Notes: a model not told the origin generated them from the letters alone. A stretch of 64,000 bases of DNA from an uncultured Pleurocapsa sp. (GCA_965365755.1 CBDUCX010000001.1:3162-67161), one strand, 5' to 3'. Shown: positions 18,939-31,360, numbered from the stretch's first letter. Made by a program: numbers and translations.

Positions 18939-20048
18939 TTAATTCAAAGCCTCTGCCGTATCAGGTGATTGTGCCAATTCTTCCAGTCTGTCCTGTTGAT
19001 CTTGGGAAATACAGGATTGAATCATGACATCAATATCTCCTTCCAGGGAATTAGCCAAAGGAAAGTTTTTCCCCAGACGATGATCGGTAATGCGGTTGTC
19101 CTTATAATTGTAGGTACGAATTTTTTCCGATCGCGCGCCTGTTCCTACCTGGGATAATCTTAAGCCTCTCACTTCTTTTTGCTGTTCTGCCAGCTTAATC
19201 TCATAAAGTTTGGCTCTGAGAATTTGCATCGCTCTTTCTCTGTTTTGTAGTTGCGATCGCTCTTCCGTACAGAAAATTCTGATTCCTGTAGGCTTGTGAA
19301 TCAAATCTACCGCAGTTTCTACCTTGTTAACATTTTGTCCCCCAGCACCACCAGAACGAGCTGTTTTTAGCTCGATATCTTTAGGATCTATTTCAACCTC
19401 TACGTCATCTACCTCTGGCATTACGGCTACTGTGGCAGTGGAGGTATGAACTCTCCCACCTGCTTCCGTTTGTGGCACCCGCTGCACCCGATGAACCCCT
19501 GCTTCAAACTTGAGCTTACTATATACCGAGTCTCCTGTGACTTCCAGAATCGCTTCTTTAAAACCACCCATCTCTGCTGCTGACTCACTGAGCAGAAACA
19601 CTTTCCAGTTTTGACTTTCGGCATACCGAGAGTACATCCGCACTAAGTCCCCCGCCCAGATACTCGCTTCATCACCCCCTGTTCCCGCACGAATCTCTAG
19701 CATGATGTTCTTATCATCATTAGGATCACTGGGTAATAACAGAACTTTGAGTTTCACTTCTAACTGTTCAATCTGCTCTTCCAATTCACTAGCTTCTAAA
19801 CTAGCCATTTCTTTCATCTCAGGATCATCAGCTTCCTTAAGAATTTCCTTGGCTTCAGCTAATTCCTCAGTCGCCTCCTGCCATTTGTGGTAGGTAATGA
19901 CAGTTTCTTCCAAAGAAGAACGAGCTTTGGCTATTTTTTGTAGTTCATCAGGATTAGTGGCAATATCAGGATCTGCCAAACGATGAGTAAGTTCCTGGAA
20001 AGTTTGTTCAACGGATTTTAGTTTGTCTAATAAGTATGCTTCTGCCAT
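18939..20048 (-). CDS. prfA: Peptide chain release factor 1
   Basis: GGQ motif (GAGGQNVNK) and P.T recognition loop (VPQTE). Confidence 0.97.
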   Translation of the reverse strand: MAEAYLLDKLKSVEQTFQELTHRLADPDIATNPDELQKIAKARSSLEETVITYHKWQEATEELAEAKEILKEADDPEMKEMASLEASELEEQIEQLEVKLKVLLLPSDPNDDKNIMLEIRAGTGGDEASIWAGDLVRMYSRYAESQNWKVFLLSESAAEMGGFKEAILEVTGDSVYSKLKFEAGVHRVQRVPQTEAGGRVHTSTATVAVMPEVDDVEVEIDPKDIELKTARSGGAGGQNVNKVETAVDLIHKPTGIRIFCTEERSQLQNRERAMQILRAKLYEIKLAEQQKEVRGLRLSQVGTGARSEKIRTYNYKDNRITDHRLGKNFPLANSLEGDIDVMIQSCISQDQQDRLEELAQSPDTAEALN

Positions 20049-20095
20049 TGGTTTTCTCCGATTACACTAGAGTGGTCTACTAAAAAAACATCAAA

Positions 20096-20150
20096 ATACA
20101 GCAAACCCAGCAGTCAATCTAAACTAACTACTGGGTATATATTCTGTATC
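20096..20150 (-). terminator. Probable intrinsic terminator downstream of rpmE
   Basis: Minus strand: CCCAGTAGTTA/TGACTGCTGGG stem, outer ATACAG/CTGTAT, then a T-rich tract. Confidence 0.5.
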
Positions 20151-20156
20151 AAATGG

Positions 20157-20411
20157 CTAATTCTCAGCGTCAGATTCAGACTCCGATTCAGGCTCACTAG
20201 TAGCATCGAGCATTCCGTACTTACGTAAAAAGCGATCAACTCGACCCTCAGTATCAATAATCTTCTGAGTACCAGTATAAAAAGGATGATTACCAGACCA
20301 GACATCGACATTAATTTCTGGCTGGGTTGAACCGACGGTCATCACGACTTCGCCGTTACAAATGACTTTGGCATCTGGATACCAGGTTGGATGAATATCA
20401 GGTTTGGGCAT
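20157..20411 (-). CDS. rpmE: 50S ribosomal protein L31
   Basis: DIHP.W, DVWSGNHPFYTG and EGRVDRF motifs. Confidence 0.96.
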   Translation of the reverse strand: MPKPDIHPTWYPDAKVICNGEVVMTVGSTQPEINVDVWSGNHPFYTGTQKIIDTEGRVDRFLRKYGMLDATSEPESESESDAEN

Positions 20412-20536
20412 TTTAGTTTTCTGGGAGCAATTGTTATTTATTAGTGTTTAAGGATTAAATTAGTCTTTCTTACCTCGGTTTAACTTAGTTTAACTATCAG
20501 CCAACAGCTTAATAGCTAAAAGCCTTAAAATCTATT

Positions 20537-20950
20537 CTATCGTTTGGAGAATTGAGGAGCTTTACGAGCTTTCTTCAAACCATATTTCTTCCTTTCTTTA
20601 CAACGAGGATCGCGGGTTAAATAACCTTCTGTCTTCAAAGGTTGACGATTATTGGGGTCTTGCTTACATAATGCTCTAGCTACACCTAATTTTACCGCAT
20701 CAGCTTGACCAGTTAGACCACCACCATGAGCGTTAACCAAGATATCGTATTCGCTTTCAAAGCCCAGTGTTTCCAAAGGCCCTTTAATGGACATTAAATA
20801 GCTGGGAATACGGTTAAAATAGTCTTCTCCAGGTTTCCCATTGACTACCAGTTTACCTTCTCCTGGTACTAGACGAACTCGGGCGATCGCCGATTTACGA
20901 CGACCTGTTGCCCAGTATACTACCTTGTCTTGTGTTCCTTCCATTTCCAT
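20537..20950 (-). CDS. rpsI: 30S ribosomal protein S9
   Basis: TGRRK and C-terminal PQFSKR. Confidence 0.97.
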   Translation of the reverse strand: MEMEGTQDKVVYWATGRRKSAIARVRLVPGEGKLVVNGKPGEDYFNRIPSYLMSIKGPLETLGFESEYDILVNAHGGGLTGQADAVKLGVARALCKQDPNNRQPLKTEGYLTRDPRCKERKKYGLKKARKAPQFSKR

Positions 20951-20953
20951 GTT

Positions 20954-21406
20954 TTAGTTCCTCGCGGGGATAGTGTTAATAGTTAAAGTTTCAGGAGTTT
21001 GGGCTGCATGGGGATGATCTGCCCCTGTGTAAACTTTGAGCTTAGTAAATAGCTTACGTCCCATAGCATTCTTCGGCAGCATCCCTTTAACAGCTTTTTC
21101 CACAATACGTTCAGGAATGCGCTGTTGTAGTTGGTCAAAAGTTTCTGTTTTCATGCCACCTGGTCTACCAGAGTGACGGCGGTATAGTTTTTGCTCGTTT
21201 TTTCTGCCTGTGACCACGACTTTATCCGCGTTGATCACAATTACAAAGTCTCCAGTATCCATGTTGGGGGTGTAACTGGGTTTATTCTTACCCCGTAAAA
21301 TCAGGGCTATTTCAGTAGCTAGACGACCGAGACGTTGACCTTCGGCATCGACTACGTACCACTTTTGTTCGAGGGTATCTGGGGTTGGTAAGGGGGTCTT
21401 GTTCAT
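20954..21406 (-). CDS. rplM: 50S ribosomal protein L13
   Basis: WYVVDA..LGRLA and DTGDFV motifs. Confidence 0.97.
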   Translation of the reverse strand: MNKTPLPTPDTLEQKWYVVDAEGQRLGRLATEIALILRGKNKPSYTPNMDTGDFVIVINADKVVVTGRKNEQKLYRRHSGRPGGMKTETFDQLQQRIPERIVEKAVKGMLPKNAMGRKLFTKLKVYTGADHPHAAQTPETLTINTIPARN

Positions 21407-21448
21407 ATTCCGTGATAATATTGTGTGGATTATTTTAAATAAAGAGGT

Positions 21449-22282
21449 TTACCGAGCTAGGTCAAAATTAGGCTGGGTATCAAACCACAATGGTTTAGGG
21501 AAAGGGAACTCAGGATAACCAACCCTCAGTAAGCACAGCCCTTTGGCAGGAGCAGAATACTTGACCTCGGCACGACGCTGGTTTTGCCAAATTTCCGTAA
21601 AGTTTTCTGGCGATCGCTTGCCGATTCCCACCTCCACTAGCATTCCTACTAATAGACGTACCATACCGTACAAAAAACTATTTGCCTGAATTTCTAGGTA
21701 TAAAAATGCTCCTTGACGGTAACATTTAGCAGTCTGGATATCTACTAAAGCATCGGCTCGATCTGAACCAGATCTTTTGAAAGCAGAAAAATTATGTTCT
21801 CCCGCTAAAGGATCTAATGCTGCCTGAATCAAATCTTCTTGCAATACGGACTGATAGTAATGCCAGCAGGTTTGACTCACAAACACATTAGGTCGCTCAT
21901 CAGTATAAATTGTGTAGCGGTAACGCCGCCAAACAGCCGAAAAACGAGCGTGCCAATCGTCAGCAACGGGAGCCGAAGCTCTTATTAGTATACCCTCTGG
22001 CAGTCTCGCGTTAATAATTTTTGCCCATTTAGCCGCAGGAATGGGCCCCTGATATTCAAAGTGGGCTACCTGGGCTGCGGCATGAACGCCAGAATCAGTT
22101 CTCCCCGCACCATGGATCTTAACAGGGTAGCCAGTAACTTCAGCGATCGCTTGTTCGATCCAGCCTTGGACAGTAACTTGGTTGGGTTGTCTTTGCCAGC
22201 CATGAAAGTTGGTTCCCAAATACTGAATTAGCAAAGCAACTCTTTGGTAAACATCTAAGGCTGATTGACCCTTTACAACCAT
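21449..22282 (-). CDS. truA: tRNA pseudouridine synthase A
   Basis: GAGRTDSGVHA and FLYGMVR motifs. Confidence 0.96.
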   Translation of the reverse strand: MVVKGQSALDVYQRVALLIQYLGTNFHGWQRQPNQVTVQGWIEQAIAEVTGYPVKIHGAGRTDSGVHAAAQVAHFEYQGPIPAAKWAKIINARLPEGILIRASAPVADDWHARFSAVWRRYRYTIYTDERPNVFVSQTCWHYYQSVLQEDLIQAALDPLAGEHNFSAFKRSGSDRADALVDIQTAKCYRQGAFLYLEIQANSFLYGMVRLLVGMLVEVGIGKRSPENFTEIWQNQRRAEVKYSAPAKGLCLLRVGYPEFPFPKPLWFDTQPNFDLAR

Positions 22283-22298
22283 CTACTAGATATCTCGC

Positions 22299-22649
22299 CT
22301 AAACTAGCTCAATAATTGCCATTTCAGCATTGTCACCGCGACGGCGTTTAGTTCTCACAATTCGAGTATAACCACCATTGCGATCGCCATAACGCTCGCC
22401 AACAGCTTTAAACAGTTCACTGACCAACTCCTTATCGTAGATATAGCCTAGTGCTTGTCTTCTGGCTGCCAAAGAACCATCTTTAGCTAAAGTAATCATT
22501 TTTTCTACTTCACTACGTACTGCTTTAGCACGAATCAAAGTAGTTTTGATTTGTCCATGACGGATAATTTCCGTTGCTAGAGAGCGTAACAAAGCTTTTC
22601 TTTGGTCTGCTGGTAACCCCAGCATTTTGACTTTACATCGGTGACGCAT
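22299..22649 (-). CDS. rplQ: 50S ribosomal protein L17
   Basis: MRHR and RNGGYTRI motifs. Confidence 0.97.
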   Translation of the reverse strand: MRHRCKVKMLGLPADQRKALLRSLATEIIRHGQIKTTLIRAKAVRSEVEKMITLAKDGSLAARRQALGYIYDKELVSELFKAVGERYGDRNGGYTRIVRTKRRRGDNAEMAIIELV

Positions 22650-22675
22650 GACTGAATAATAATTGTATTTAATAT

Positions 22676-23662
22676 TTACTTACCTGACTTTTCCTGGGCT
22701 AAGGTAATCCCTAAACGTTGTTGCAGGGCTTCAATTACTTCATCCGCCGACTTTTGACCGAAGTTTTTAATTTCTAACAGGTCTTCTTGAGTATAATCAA
22801 GTAAATCGGAAACTGAATTAATCTGAGCCCGTTTCAAACAGTTATAGGCTCTAACGGACAACTGCAACTCTTCAATGGGAATTTGGCTCGTAGGATCTTC
22901 ATCCTCTTGATAGTCGTCTTGAATTTCCTCTAGGGTAAGATCCTTGAGAGGATTAAATAAATCGACTACAATTCCCGCAGCTTGAGATAAAGCCTCTTCG
23001 GGCTTGATACTGCCATTAGTCCAAATTTCCATGAGCAGGCGCTCACGAATACCTGAACCGTCAACCCGAGCATCTTCAACGCTATAATTGACCTTGGTAA
23101 CAGGCATAAATACCGCGTCTATTTGTAGAAAGTCCAAAGAACTCCCTTCTTCTTTCCCTCTTTCTACCGCACGGTAGCCCTTGCCTTTTTCAACCTTGAA
23201 TTCCATTTCCAGGCTAGTGCCTTCGGCAATGGTAGCCACATACTGATTAGAATCTACTGTCTCCACCTCAGAGGGTAATTCAAACTGCGCCGCCGTAACA
23301 GTTCCAGGTCCAGTTGCCACTAGACGACCGATTTGAGGCTGACTAGTATAGCTTTTGAGGACTATTTCCTTCATATTGAGAATAATCTCTAAAACGTCCT
23401 CTCTGACTCCTTCAATGGTGGCAAATTCATGGGTAGCAAAGCCAAACTTATGTTCCTGCTTGCTTTCATCCTTTGCCATACCTCCACCAATACGGATTGC
23501 AGTAACGGCTGCTCCCTCTAAATTAGACAGTAAGACTCTTCTGAGGGCATTACCCAAGGTAGTTCCCTGTCCACGATCTAGGGGTTCTAAAATAAATTTG
23601 CTGTATTGATGCTGATTTTTTAGGGTTTTAGATTCTACACACTCAATTTGAAATTGCGCCAC
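22676..23662 (-). CDS. rpoA: RNA polymerase alpha subunit, with a ~15-aa insertion
   Basis: [22 protein letters not shown] and [10 protein letters not shown] motifs. Start placed at GTG 23662 (VAQFQIEC). Confidence 0.96.
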   Translation of the reverse strand: MAQFQIECVESKTLKNQHQYSKFILEPLDRGQGTTLGNALRRVLLSNLEGAAVTAIRIGGGMAKDESKQEHKFGFATHEFATIEGVREDVLEIILNMKEIVLKSYTSQPQIGRLVATGPGTVTAAQFELPSEVETVDSNQYVATIAEGTSLEMEFKVEKGKGYRAVERGKEEGSSLDFLQIDAVFMPVTKVNYSVEDARVDGSGIRERLLMEIWTNGSIKPEEALSQAAGIVVDLFNPLKDLTLEEIQDDYQEDEDPTSQIPIEELQLSVRAYNCLKRAQINSVSDLLDYTQEDLLEIKNFGQKSADEVIEALQQRLGITLAQEKSGK

Positions 23663-23775
23663 AGGCTGCTCTCCCTCTTGTTCGACAAGCGATCTGGTAA
23701 ATCGAGATAAAATTAGTTGCACGATCCCACTGCAACTAACAAACTGACAATGACTGTCTAAAGACTGTCCAAGAA

Positions 23776-24168
23776 TTACACTCTACGGCGTTTTGGTGGA
23801 CGACAACCATTGTGGGGTATTGGCGTAACGTCACGAATTAAAGTAATCTCTAACCCTACGCCCTGCAAAGCTCTAATTGCAGTTTCTCGACCTGCACCAG
23901 GGCCACTAACCATTACCTCTACTTGACGCATCCCCTGATCCATCGCTCTTCTACCCGCACTATCTGCTGCTGTCTGAGCAGCAAAGGGAGTTCCTTTTTT
24001 TGCCCCTTTAAAACCGCTGGCTCCCGCAGAAGACCATGAGATGACGTCGCCTCTAGTATCAGAAATAGTTACGATAGTATTATTAAAGGTGGACTGGATA
24101 TGTGCCACCCCATTAGGTACATTTTTTTTGTTTTTCTTTGCGCCGCTTCTTCTTTTTGGTTGCGCCAT
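23776..24168 (-). CDS. rpsK: 30S ribosomal protein S11
   Basis: TFNNTIVT and [13 protein letters not shown] motifs. Confidence 0.97.
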   Translation of the reverse strand: MAQPKRRSGAKKNKKNVPNGVAHIQSTFNNTIVTISDTRGDVISWSSAGASGFKGAKKGTPFAAQTAADSAGRRAMDQGMRQVEVMVSGPGAGRETAIRALQGVGLEITLIRDVTPIPHNGCRPPKRRRV

Positions 24169-24214
24169 GTTTTTCTTTCTATATTTAACTTGTGGTTGAA
24201 TCTATGTTGGCGGT

Positions 24215-24598
24215 CTACTTCTTACCTGGAGCTTTTTTCTTGCCCGCTACGGTCAATCTTCTGCCCCGCCTGGTACGAGCATTGGTACGAGTTCTTTGAC
24301 CCCGAAGGGGTAAACCCATACGATGACGACGACCACGGTAAGTGCCAATATCAGCTAAACGCTTAATATTCATCGCTTCCCAGCGCCTTAAATCACCTTC
24401 AACCTGATAATTATCTTCGATGTAAGCTCTGAGTTTAGTTACATCTTCATCAGACAATTCTCGAACTCTTGTGTCTGGATTAACTCCAGTTTCCGCGATC
24501 GCTTGCTGCGCTCGGGATAAACCTACACCAAAAATGTAGGTAAGGGCGATTTCCACCCGCTTATCACGAGGAAGATCTACGCCAGAAATCCTTGCCAC
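24215..24598 (-). CDS. rpsM: 30S ribosomal protein S13
   Basis: ARISGVDLP and [11 protein letters not shown] motifs. Confidence 0.97.
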   Translation of the reverse strand: MARISGVDLPRDKRVEIALTYIFGVGLSRAQQAIAETGVNPDTRVRELSDEDVTKLRAYIEDNYQVEGDLRRWEAMNIKRLADIGTYRGRRHRMGLPLRGQRTRTNARTRRGRRLTVAGKKKAPGKK

Positions 24599-24687
24599 CT
24601 TATTTGCTCCCTGATTACTTTTGTTATTGTTATTGCCTGAGCCATTATACTGGCTCGCCCTTGAGGTAATAGTTTGCGCAAAATCAA

Positions 24688-24804
24688 CTATCCTTGGCGT
24701 TGCTTATGCTTAGGATTGCTGCTACAAATAACCATTACCCTGCCCCGTCTTTTGATTACGCGGCACTTTTCGCACATTTTTTTAACTGATGGTCTAACTT
24801 TCAT
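24688..24804 (-). CDS. rpmJ: 50S ribosomal protein L36 (missing from the ORF track, 38 aa)
   Basis: Manual translation: [38 protein letters not shown]. Confidence 0.97.
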   Translation of the reverse strand: MKVRPSVKKMCEKCRVIKRRGRVMVICSSNPKHKQRQG

Positions 24805-24896
24805 GCCTTACTTTGGCCATATTGCAAGCCTATTATTATATCGATTAATTTGTTTCACTGTCAAACTGCTAAATAATTTGCTTGATGGCAGATTAT

Positions 24897-25121
24897 TTAC
24901 TTGTTTTTGAGACGATAGGTAATCCTACCTTTAGTCAAGTCATAAGGAGTTAACTCCACTTTGACGCGATCGCCTGGTAAGATTTTGATGTAATTTCGCC
25001 GAATTTTACCTGAGATATGAGCTAAAACGTTGAAGCCATTATCCAAATCGACACGAAACATTGCATTCGGAAGAGATTCTGTGACAGTCCCCTCCATTTC
25101 AATTAAGTCTTGTTTAGCCAA
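24897..25121 (-). CDS. infA: Translation initiation factor IF-1
   Basis: LPNAMFRV and ISGKIR motifs. Confidence 0.97.
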   Translation of the reverse strand: MAKQDLIEMEGTVTESLPNAMFRVDLDNGFNVLAHISGKIRRNYIKILPGDRVKVELTPYDLTKGRITYRLKNK

Positions 25122-25181
25122 TGTTTATCTCCGCTATTTGGTGAACCTTTTGTGTGTGTCAAGTAGGACATAAAAAAATTC

Positions 25182-25736
25182 CTATGAGATAACCTCGCTC
25201 AATTGCTCCGTTACCTCTTCCATAGTCCGATTACCGTCAATGGTTTTTAGAGCATCTCTTTGCTGGTAGAAATCAATTACAGGTACTGTGTCCTGATGAT
25301 AAACTTCTAAACGACGACGAATGGTTGATTCGTTGTCATCTTTACGCTTTCTTTCTAGTAATCTTGACACTAAAACTTCATCTGGGACTTCTAAATTCAA
25401 GACACAATCAGCATTTTGGTCTAATTTAGTGAGTAGCTCTTCCAGAAAGGCAGCTTGACTAACGTTTCGAGGGAAGCCGTCCAATATCCAGCCCTGAACG
25501 GTATCTTCATAGGATAAACGATCCTGAATTAAGCTTAAAATTAAGGCATCAGGGACAAGTTCCCCCCGATTCATATAGTCTTTTGCCTGTTTACCTAAAG
25601 GAGTTTCTTGAGCAACTGCTGCCCGCAAAATATCTCCAGTAGATACATGGGGAATTTGATAATTTTCTGATATTATCTGAGCCTGAGTTCCTTTTCCAGC
25701 CCCAGGTGGGCCAAGGAATATTAATCGCATTGCCAT
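25182..25736 (-). CDS. adk: Adenylate kinase (short LID)
   Basis: GPPGAGKGT and LDGFPR motifs. Confidence 0.96.
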   Translation of the reverse strand: MAMRLIFLGPPGAGKGTQAQIISENYQIPHVSTGDILRAAVAQETPLGKQAKDYMNRGELVPDALILSLIQDRLSYEDTVQGWILDGFPRNVSQAAFLEELLTKLDQNADCVLNLEVPDEVLVSRLLERKRKDDNESTIRRRLEVYHQDTVPVIDFYQQRDALKTIDGNRTMEEVTEQLSEVIS

Positions 25737-25832
25737 AACAACTCATAAAAATCGAGATTATTTACTAGCAAGCTCAAAATTAACAATCAAGCTTACTATT
25801 TTCTTCATGCAGTCTTAGATAACTGCGCTATC

Positions 25833-27176
25833 TTATTGTTTGACCATGCCTTCATAACGTTGAGATATAACGTAAGTCTGGATCTGCTTTGCTGTGTCAA
25901 TTGCCACCCCTACTAGGATTAGGAGTGAAGTCGCTCCAAACCCGCTAAAAACAGTTGTTCCTGCAGGAATAGCATTTTCCACAAATGTGGGAATAGTTGC
26001 CACCAAACCCAAAAATATGGCACCTAAAAAAGTTAGACGATTGAGCACCTTTTCTAGATAAGCACTAGTAGTCTTACCTGGGCGAATTCCAGGAATAGAA
26101 GCACCCATTTTTTTTAGGTTTTGGGACATGTCAACGGGGTTAACAATTAAAGAAGCATAAAAATAGCTAAAGAATAGAATCAAAACCAAATAGACTACAG
26201 TATAAGCCCAGTTTCCAGGTTGAATGGCTGCGGCAATCCGACTCGCAAATTGAGTAAAAAAGTTATTATTAATAGCTTCATTACCCTGTAAAACCACAAG
26301 TAACTGTGCTGGCAAAAACAATACAGAAGAAGCGAAAATAATTGGCATTACTCCACCTTGATTTAGCCTCAATGGTAGATAATTACTTCTCTCACGGTAG
26401 ACCCTTCTGCCAACCTGACGGCGAGCCGAAATAATCGGAATACGACGAGTTCCTTCTTGAATAAAAACAATACCCACAATCATAGTCAAAAAGACTAGTA
26501 GTAAAATAACTACCTGAGCAATCTCTTCTCTGCCGCCACTTTGAGCAAACTCAATAGTATTACCCAAAGTTTTAGGTAATACGGCCACTATATTGACAAA
26601 TATCAATAACGAAGCACCGTTGCCAATTCCTTTTTCCGTGATTAACTCAGAAATCCACATCACAAACATGGAACCAGCAGTTAAGGCTAGTACTGTTCCA
26701 CCAATGGGCACAATACTCTTTTCGATCACACCGTTACCTACTAGTAAGCCGAGAGTAATTCCCAAACTTTGGATAATTGCTCCACCTAAAGCAACATAGC
26801 GAGTAATTTGCGAGATCTTACGTCTTCCTGCTTCTCCTTCGTTCTTTTGCAAATTTTCTAAGCTTGGTATTGCAGTTGCCAATAACTGCATGATGATCGA
26901 GGCATTAATAAAGGGCAAAATACCTAAAGCAAAAATACCTAAGGCGGAAATACCACCACCAGTAAAGATATCTAAAAATCCCACTATTGAGGCATTACTT
27001 GAATTACTGATCAAGTTGCCAAATATTTCGCGGTTTATTCCAGGGACTGGAATAAATACCCCCAATCGGACTAATATGAGAAGACCAATGGTTACTAGCA
27101 GCCTGCCTCTAAGACCCGCTGCCTGTGCCATTTGTAAAAAAGTCTCCTGTGCTGATGGAGTTTTTTCTCTGACCAT
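25833..27176 (-). CDS. secY: Preprotein translocase SecY
   Basis: LGILPFINASII, GIGNGASL and IPGIRPG motifs; position in the spc operon. Confidence 0.97.
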   Translation of the reverse strand: MVREKTPSAQETFLQMAQAAGLRGRLLVTIGLLILVRLGVFIPVPGINREIFGNLISNSSNASIVGFLDIFTGGGISALGIFALGILPFINASIIMQLLATAIPSLENLQKNEGEAGRRKISQITRYVALGGAIIQSLGITLGLLVGNGVIEKSIVPIGGTVLALTAGSMFVMWISELITEKGIGNGASLLIFVNIVAVLPKTLGNTIEFAQSGGREEIAQVVILLLVFLTMIVGIVFIQEGTRRIPIISARRQVGRRVYRERSNYLPLRLNQGGVMPIIFASSVLFLPAQLLVVLQGNEAINNNFFTQFASRIAAAIQPGNWAYTVVYLVLILFFSYFYASLIVNPVDMSQNLKKMGASIPGIRPGKTTSAYLEKVLNRLTFLGAIFLGLVATIPTFVENAIPAGTTVFSGFGATSLLILVGVAIDTAKQIQTYVISQRYEGMVKQ

Positions 27177-27295
27177 ACAGGTTTACCTCTTATATGCTTG
27201 GTATTAAATAAGTTATTTACGGTGAAATATTATATAAATTTTAGATAAATTTATTTTTCTACCCTTGCTCCTTATGATATACCAATCGTGATTGC

Positions 27296-27745
27296 TTATT
27301 TAGCCATGACTTCGCAGCTACCACCAGCAGCTTCGATTTTCTGCCTAGCACTTTTGGTGAATGCTGCTGCCTTGACCTTTAATGCTACGTTTAGCTCTCC
27401 ATCCCCTAAGATTTTCAGCGGGCCATCATTGCAGGTGACAATACCGTTTTCCAATAGAGATTCGAGAGTGACTTCTGTGTTTGCAGATAGCTCTCCCAAG
27501 GCTTTAACGTTAATAATGGTGTAATGTTTTTGATTGACCAGAGGAAAGTGCTTTAGTTTAGGAACTCGACGATAAAGGGGCATTTGACCACCTTCAAAAC
27601 CAGCCTTGGTTCCCGTCCCAGAACGAGACTTTTGACCCCGCATCCCAAAACCACAGCTAGCTCCTTGACCCGCTGCAATACCGCGACCAACTCGACGTTT
27701 ACGTCTTTTTGAACCCTCTTTGGGGCTAAGATTTTCTAGTTTCAT
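27296..27745 (-). CDS. rplO: 50S ribosomal protein L15
   Basis: RVGRG..G.G, GQKSRSG and FEGGQMPL motifs. Start placed at MKLENL. Confidence 0.96.
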   Translation of the reverse strand: MKLENLSPKEGSKRRKRRVGRGIAAGQGASCGFGMRGQKSRSGTGTKAGFEGGQMPLYRRVPKLKHFPLVNQKHYTIINVKALGELSANTEVTLESLLENGIVTCNDGPLKILGDGELNVALKVKAAAFTKSARQKIEAAGGSCEVMAK

Positions 27746-27819
27746 TGGTTGTTCAATGTTAATTGTTATTTGCCCATTCCTTAGCTCCTGAAACAGCCAC
27801 AACGTCGGTCATTAATGAC

Positions 27820-28350
27820 CTAAGCATATAGCTGTTCAATGGGAATGTTTCTTTCCCTAGCGACTTCGCCAAAGGTACGTAGGCTAGCCAAAGCGTCGAT
27901 CGCTGCTCTAGCATTATTTAAAGGACTATTAGAACCTAACTGCTTGGCCAAAATATTTTTGACTCCAGCAAGCTCCAGCACGGTGCGGACTGCTCCCCCA
28001 GCAATTACGCCAGTACCTGGAGCCGCAGGGCGCATAAACACCTTCGCTCCCCCAGCCACACCATTGGCTACATGCACGATCGAGTTGGCTTTGGTCAGGG
28101 ACACTTCCACTAACTGTTTTTTGGCATCGGCAACACCTTTACGTACCGCACCAATTACATCCGCGGCTTTACCCACACCTACTCCAACCTGTCCTTTTTC
28201 GTTGCCGACGACAACAATGGCGCGAAAGCTAAGTTTTTTACCACCTTTCACCACTTTACTGACCCGACGAATTTGCACTACTCGCTCTTGCCAAGAGGAG
28301 TCTTTTTCTTTAGCGCGACCTTTTTTACGCGACTTAGTAGATTTAGCCAT
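27820..28350 (-). CDS. rpsE: 30S ribosomal protein S5
   Basis: RVSKVVKGG and GTGVIAGG motifs. Confidence 0.97.
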   Translation of the reverse strand: MAKSTKSRKKGRAKEKDSSWQERVVQIRRVSKVVKGGKKLSFRAIVVVGNEKGQVGVGVGKAADVIGAVRKGVADAKKQLVEVSLTKANSIVHVANGVAGGAKVFMRPAAPGTGVIAGGAVRTVLELAGVKNILAKQLGSNSPLNNARAAIDALASLRTFGEVARERNIPIEQLYA

Positions 28351-28374
28351 AGTGTTTATCCTTGATATTTTGAT

Positions 28375-28722
28375 TTAAAAATCCAAGCCAGCTTCGCGGG
28401 CTGCTTCAGCTAAAGCTTTGACTCGACCGTGATAAAGATTACCACCTCGATCAAAAACCACCTGAGCAATACCCTTTTTTAAAGCTCTTTGAGCTACTAA
28501 TTTGCCAACTTCTGCTGAAATCTCGCAGGTAGCACCAGAACTATCCAAATTGAAGTCTGATGCTGCCGCTAAGGTATGTTGCGCCACATCGTCAATAACT
28601 TGGGCATAAATATGATTGTTGGAGCGGAACACGCACAAACGAGGGCGTTCGGCAGTACCACTGACTTTTTTGCGTACCCGTCGATGACGGCGTTTTACTG
28701 ATTCTTTGCGTGAAAGCTTCAT
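28375..28722 (-). CDS. rplR: 50S ribosomal protein L18
   Basis: RPRL.VFRSN.HIYAQ and FDRGG..YHGRV motifs. Confidence 0.97.
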   Translation of the reverse strand: MKLSRKESVKRRHRRVRKKVSGTAERPRLCVFRSNNHIYAQVIDDVAQHTLAAASDFNLDSSGATCEISAEVGKLVAQRALKKGIAQVVFDRGGNLYHGRVKALAEAAREAGLDF

Positions 28723-28727
28723 AATTT

Positions 28728-29267
28728 CTACTTACCTGTCTTACCAGCCTTGCGTCTTACTTGCTCATCAAAGTAGCGAATCCCTTTTCCTTTGTAAGGT
28801 TCTGGTGGTCTAACTGCTCTAATTTGGGCAGCGATATTACCAACTACTTCTTTATTAATGCCACTAATAACGACTTCGGTATTTCTATTTTCGACAGCGA
28901 CATCAATATCACTGGGCATTTCTATCTCGACGGGCTTACTGTAGCCAACGTTAAGAGTTAGTTTTTTGCCTTGAGCTTGGGCTCTGTATCCAACCCCTTG
29001 AATCAGGAGACGTTTCTGAAATCCTTTAGATACACCATCTACCATATTGGCGACTAAAGTTCGGCACAGACCATGACGCTGGCGACCGATACGAGATTCA
29101 TTAGTAGGCTTGACGACGATGGTGTCTCCTTCCTGCTTAACCTCAATTGGTTCGGGGATTTCGCGCTCTAAAGTGCCCTTGGGCCCTTTAATTGTGACCT
29201 GCTGTCCCGATATTTGGGCGCTGACTTTATCGGGAATGGGGATCGGCAATTTGCCAATACGAGACAT
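28728..29267 (-). CDS. rplF: 50S ribosomal protein L6
   Basis: MSRIGK and [10 protein letters not shown] motifs. Confidence 0.97.
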   Translation of the reverse strand: MSRIGKLPIPIPDKVSAQISGQQVTIKGPKGTLEREIPEPIEVKQEGDTIVVKPTNESRIGRQRHGLCRTLVANMVDGVSKGFQKRLLIQGVGYRAQAQGKKLTLNVGYSKPVEIEMPSDIDVAVENRNTEVVISGINKEVVGNIAAQIRAVRPPEPYKGKGIRYFDEQVRRKAGKTGK

Positions 29268-29284
29268 AATTTACTCCTGTTAAA

Positions 29285-29686
29285 TTACCAGACGTAACAG
29301 AGGATCTCACCGCCAACTCCTTGACTGCGAGCTTCTCTATCGGTCATTACTCCACGGGAAGTGGAAACGATCGCAATACCAATACCACCCAAAACCCGAG
29401 GAATATCTTTTTTACGAGAATAGACTCTAAGTCCTGGTTTGCTGACCCGTTTGAGGGTACTGATAATTGGTTGACGATTTCTACCTTTATACTTTAAGGA
29501 AATTTGAATAAATTTTTTCGGGGCTGTCCCTGTTTCCTCAAAACCCTCAATGAAGCCTTCGCTCTGCAAAACCTGAGCGATGGCGCGAGTCATACGGGTA
29601 GAAGGCACTTGAGTTGTTTGATGCTTGACCATACAGGCATTACGGATGCGGGTCAGCATATCTGAAATAGTATCGGTTGCTGCCAT
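29285..29686 (-). CDS. rpsH: 30S ribosomal protein S8
   Basis: [17 protein letters not shown] and GGEIL motifs. Confidence 0.97.
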   Translation of the reverse strand: MAATDTISDMLTRIRNACMVKHQTTQVPSTRMTRAIAQVLQSEGFIEGFEETGTAPKKFIQISLKYKGRNRQPIISTLKRVSKPGLRVYSRKKDIPRVLGGIGIAIVSTSRGVMTDREARSQGVGGEILCYVW

Positions 29687-29721
29687 TATTTCCTATTTTT
29701 ATGTTTTAGATCCTAAGAAAG

Positions 29722-30267
29722 TTAGTTGTCGCGGAAAGGCATTCCCATTTCTTTGAGTAAAGCTCGCCCTTCTTCGTCGTTAGCTGCGGTGGTGACGATG
29801 GAAATATCCATCCCTCTGATTTGGTCGATGCTATCGTAGTCAATTTCGGGGAACATTAGCTGTTCTCTGACACCCAAGCTATAGTTACCCCGACCGTCAA
29901 AGCTTTTGGGACTGATGCCGCGAAAGTCACGAATACGAGGTAGGGCTAGGGCAATCAATCGCTCTAGGAAAGCATACATTTTCTCGCCCCGCAGGGTAAC
30001 CATGACCCCAACAGGCATTCCTTCTCGAATTTTGAAAGAGGCGATCGCTTTTTTCGCTCTGGTAACTACTGGCTTTTGTCCTGTAATGACGGTTAGTTCA
30101 TTAATGGAGGATTCTAAAGCTTTGGCATTTTGTGATGCTTCTCCCAAACCGCGATTAACGACGATTTTGACTACTTTAGGTACTTGGTGGACGTTGCTGA
30201 AGCTAAATTGCTCCGTTAGCTTGGGAACAATATCTTCTAAATATCTGGTTTTTAGTGGTTTTGGCAT
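29722..30267 (-). CDS. rplE: 50S ribosomal protein L5
   Basis: ITGQKP and FDGRGNY motifs. Confidence 0.97.
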   Translation of the reverse strand: MPKPLKTRYLEDIVPKLTEQFSFSNVHQVPKVVKIVVNRGLGEASQNAKALESSINELTVITGQKPVVTRAKKAIASFKIREGMPVGVMVTLRGEKMYAFLERLIALALPRIRDFRGISPKSFDGRGNYSLGVREQLMFPEIDYDSIDQIRGMDISIVTTAANDEEGRALLKEMGMPFRDN

Positions 30268-30355
30268 GGTAGTTAGTTTTTCCTGGGCTTGGTCAGGAGA
30301 CTATAAATTTAATAAAATTATCAGCATTATCAGCGTATGTCGAAACGCTGGAAAA

Positions 30356-30703
30356 CTAGTCAATAATTTCGCCAGTTTTTTTGAGCATCCGCACTTTGCG
30401 TCCGTCTTCGGTAAAGGTATAACCGACACGACTGACAGTTTTTTCCTTCGTAGAATAGAGCATCACGTTGGAACTATGAATCGGCGCTTCAAAAGTCACA
30501 ATTTGACCTGATTCTCCTTCCTGTTGGGGTTTAACGTGCTTGGTACGGACATTAACTCCTTCAACAATCACTTGACTAGTTTTCGGATTTACGGTGGTTA
30601 TTTCGCCTACTTTTCCCTTGTCACGTCCAGAGATCACTTGAATCGTGTCTCCTTTTTTGACATGCATTTTGTAACGAGTCGGTGCTTTTTTTGTTTTTGC
30701 CAT
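30356..30703 (-). CDS. rplX: 50S ribosomal protein L24
   Basis: KKGD..VISG.DKGK.G KOW motif. Confidence 0.97.
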   Translation of the reverse strand: MAKTKKAPTRYKMHVKKGDTIQVISGRDKGKVGEITTVNPKTSQVIVEGVNVRTKHVKPQQEGESGQIVTFEAPIHSSNVMLYSTKEKTVSRVGYTFTEDGRKVRMLKKTGEIID

Positions 30704-31072
30704 TTAAATTACCTCTGGGGCTAAAGAGACGATCTTGGTAAAGTTTCTCTCTCTCAATTCTCTGGCTACAGGGCCAAAGACACGAGTACCTCTGGGACTA
30801 CCCTGCTCGTTGATAATTACCGCAGCGTTGTCGTCAAAACGAATACTCATCCCACTAGGACGACTTACCGCTTGCTTGGTACGAACAATCACTGCTTTGA
30901 CAACTTCGGATTTTTTCACTCCCATGTTGGGTAAAGCGTCTTTTACTACTGCCACTACGACATCACCGATAAAAGCATAGGGACTATTCCCTTTACCAAT
31001 TACGCGCAAACACATTAGCTTGCGTGCGCCACTGTTATCAGCGACATTTAAATAGGTCTGTTGTTGAATCAT
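30704..31072 (-). CDS. rplN: 50S ribosomal protein L14
   Basis: VADNSGAR and FDDNAAV motifs. Confidence 0.97.
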   Translation of the reverse strand: MIQQQTYLNVADNSGARKLMCLRVIGKGNSPYAFIGDVVVAVVKDALPNMGVKKSEVVKAVIVRTKQAVSRPSGMSIRFDDNAAVIINEQGSPRGTRVFGPVARELRERNFTKIVSLAPEVI

Positions 31073-31108
31073 GTTTGATCTCGACCGAGGAACTTGGGTT
31101 AATAAGAG

Positions 31109-31357
31109 TTAGGAATTTCTGGATTCAAGAATTTCCTCGACCGTCCAGCGTTTGGTTTTACTAAGGGGACGAGTTTCTTTAATGCGTACGCGATCGCCAA
31201 TTTTACATTGGTTTTCGGCGTCATGAACTTTATACTTCTTGGTTCTGACGACAATTTTGCCGTACTTGGGGTGAGGAGAACGGTTTTCAATGGCGACCAC
31301 AATGGTTTTGTCCATTTTGTCGCTAACTACTTCTCCGACTCTTTCTTTGACTGCCAT
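31109..31357 (-). CDS. rpsQ: 30S ribosomal protein S17
   Basis: VVSDKMDKT and RPLSKTKRW motifs. Confidence 0.97.
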   Translation of the reverse strand: MAVKERVGEVVSDKMDKTIVVAIENRSPHPKYGKIVVRTKKYKVHDAENQCKIGDRVRIKETRPLSKTKRWTVEEILESRNS

Positions 31358-31360
31358 AAT

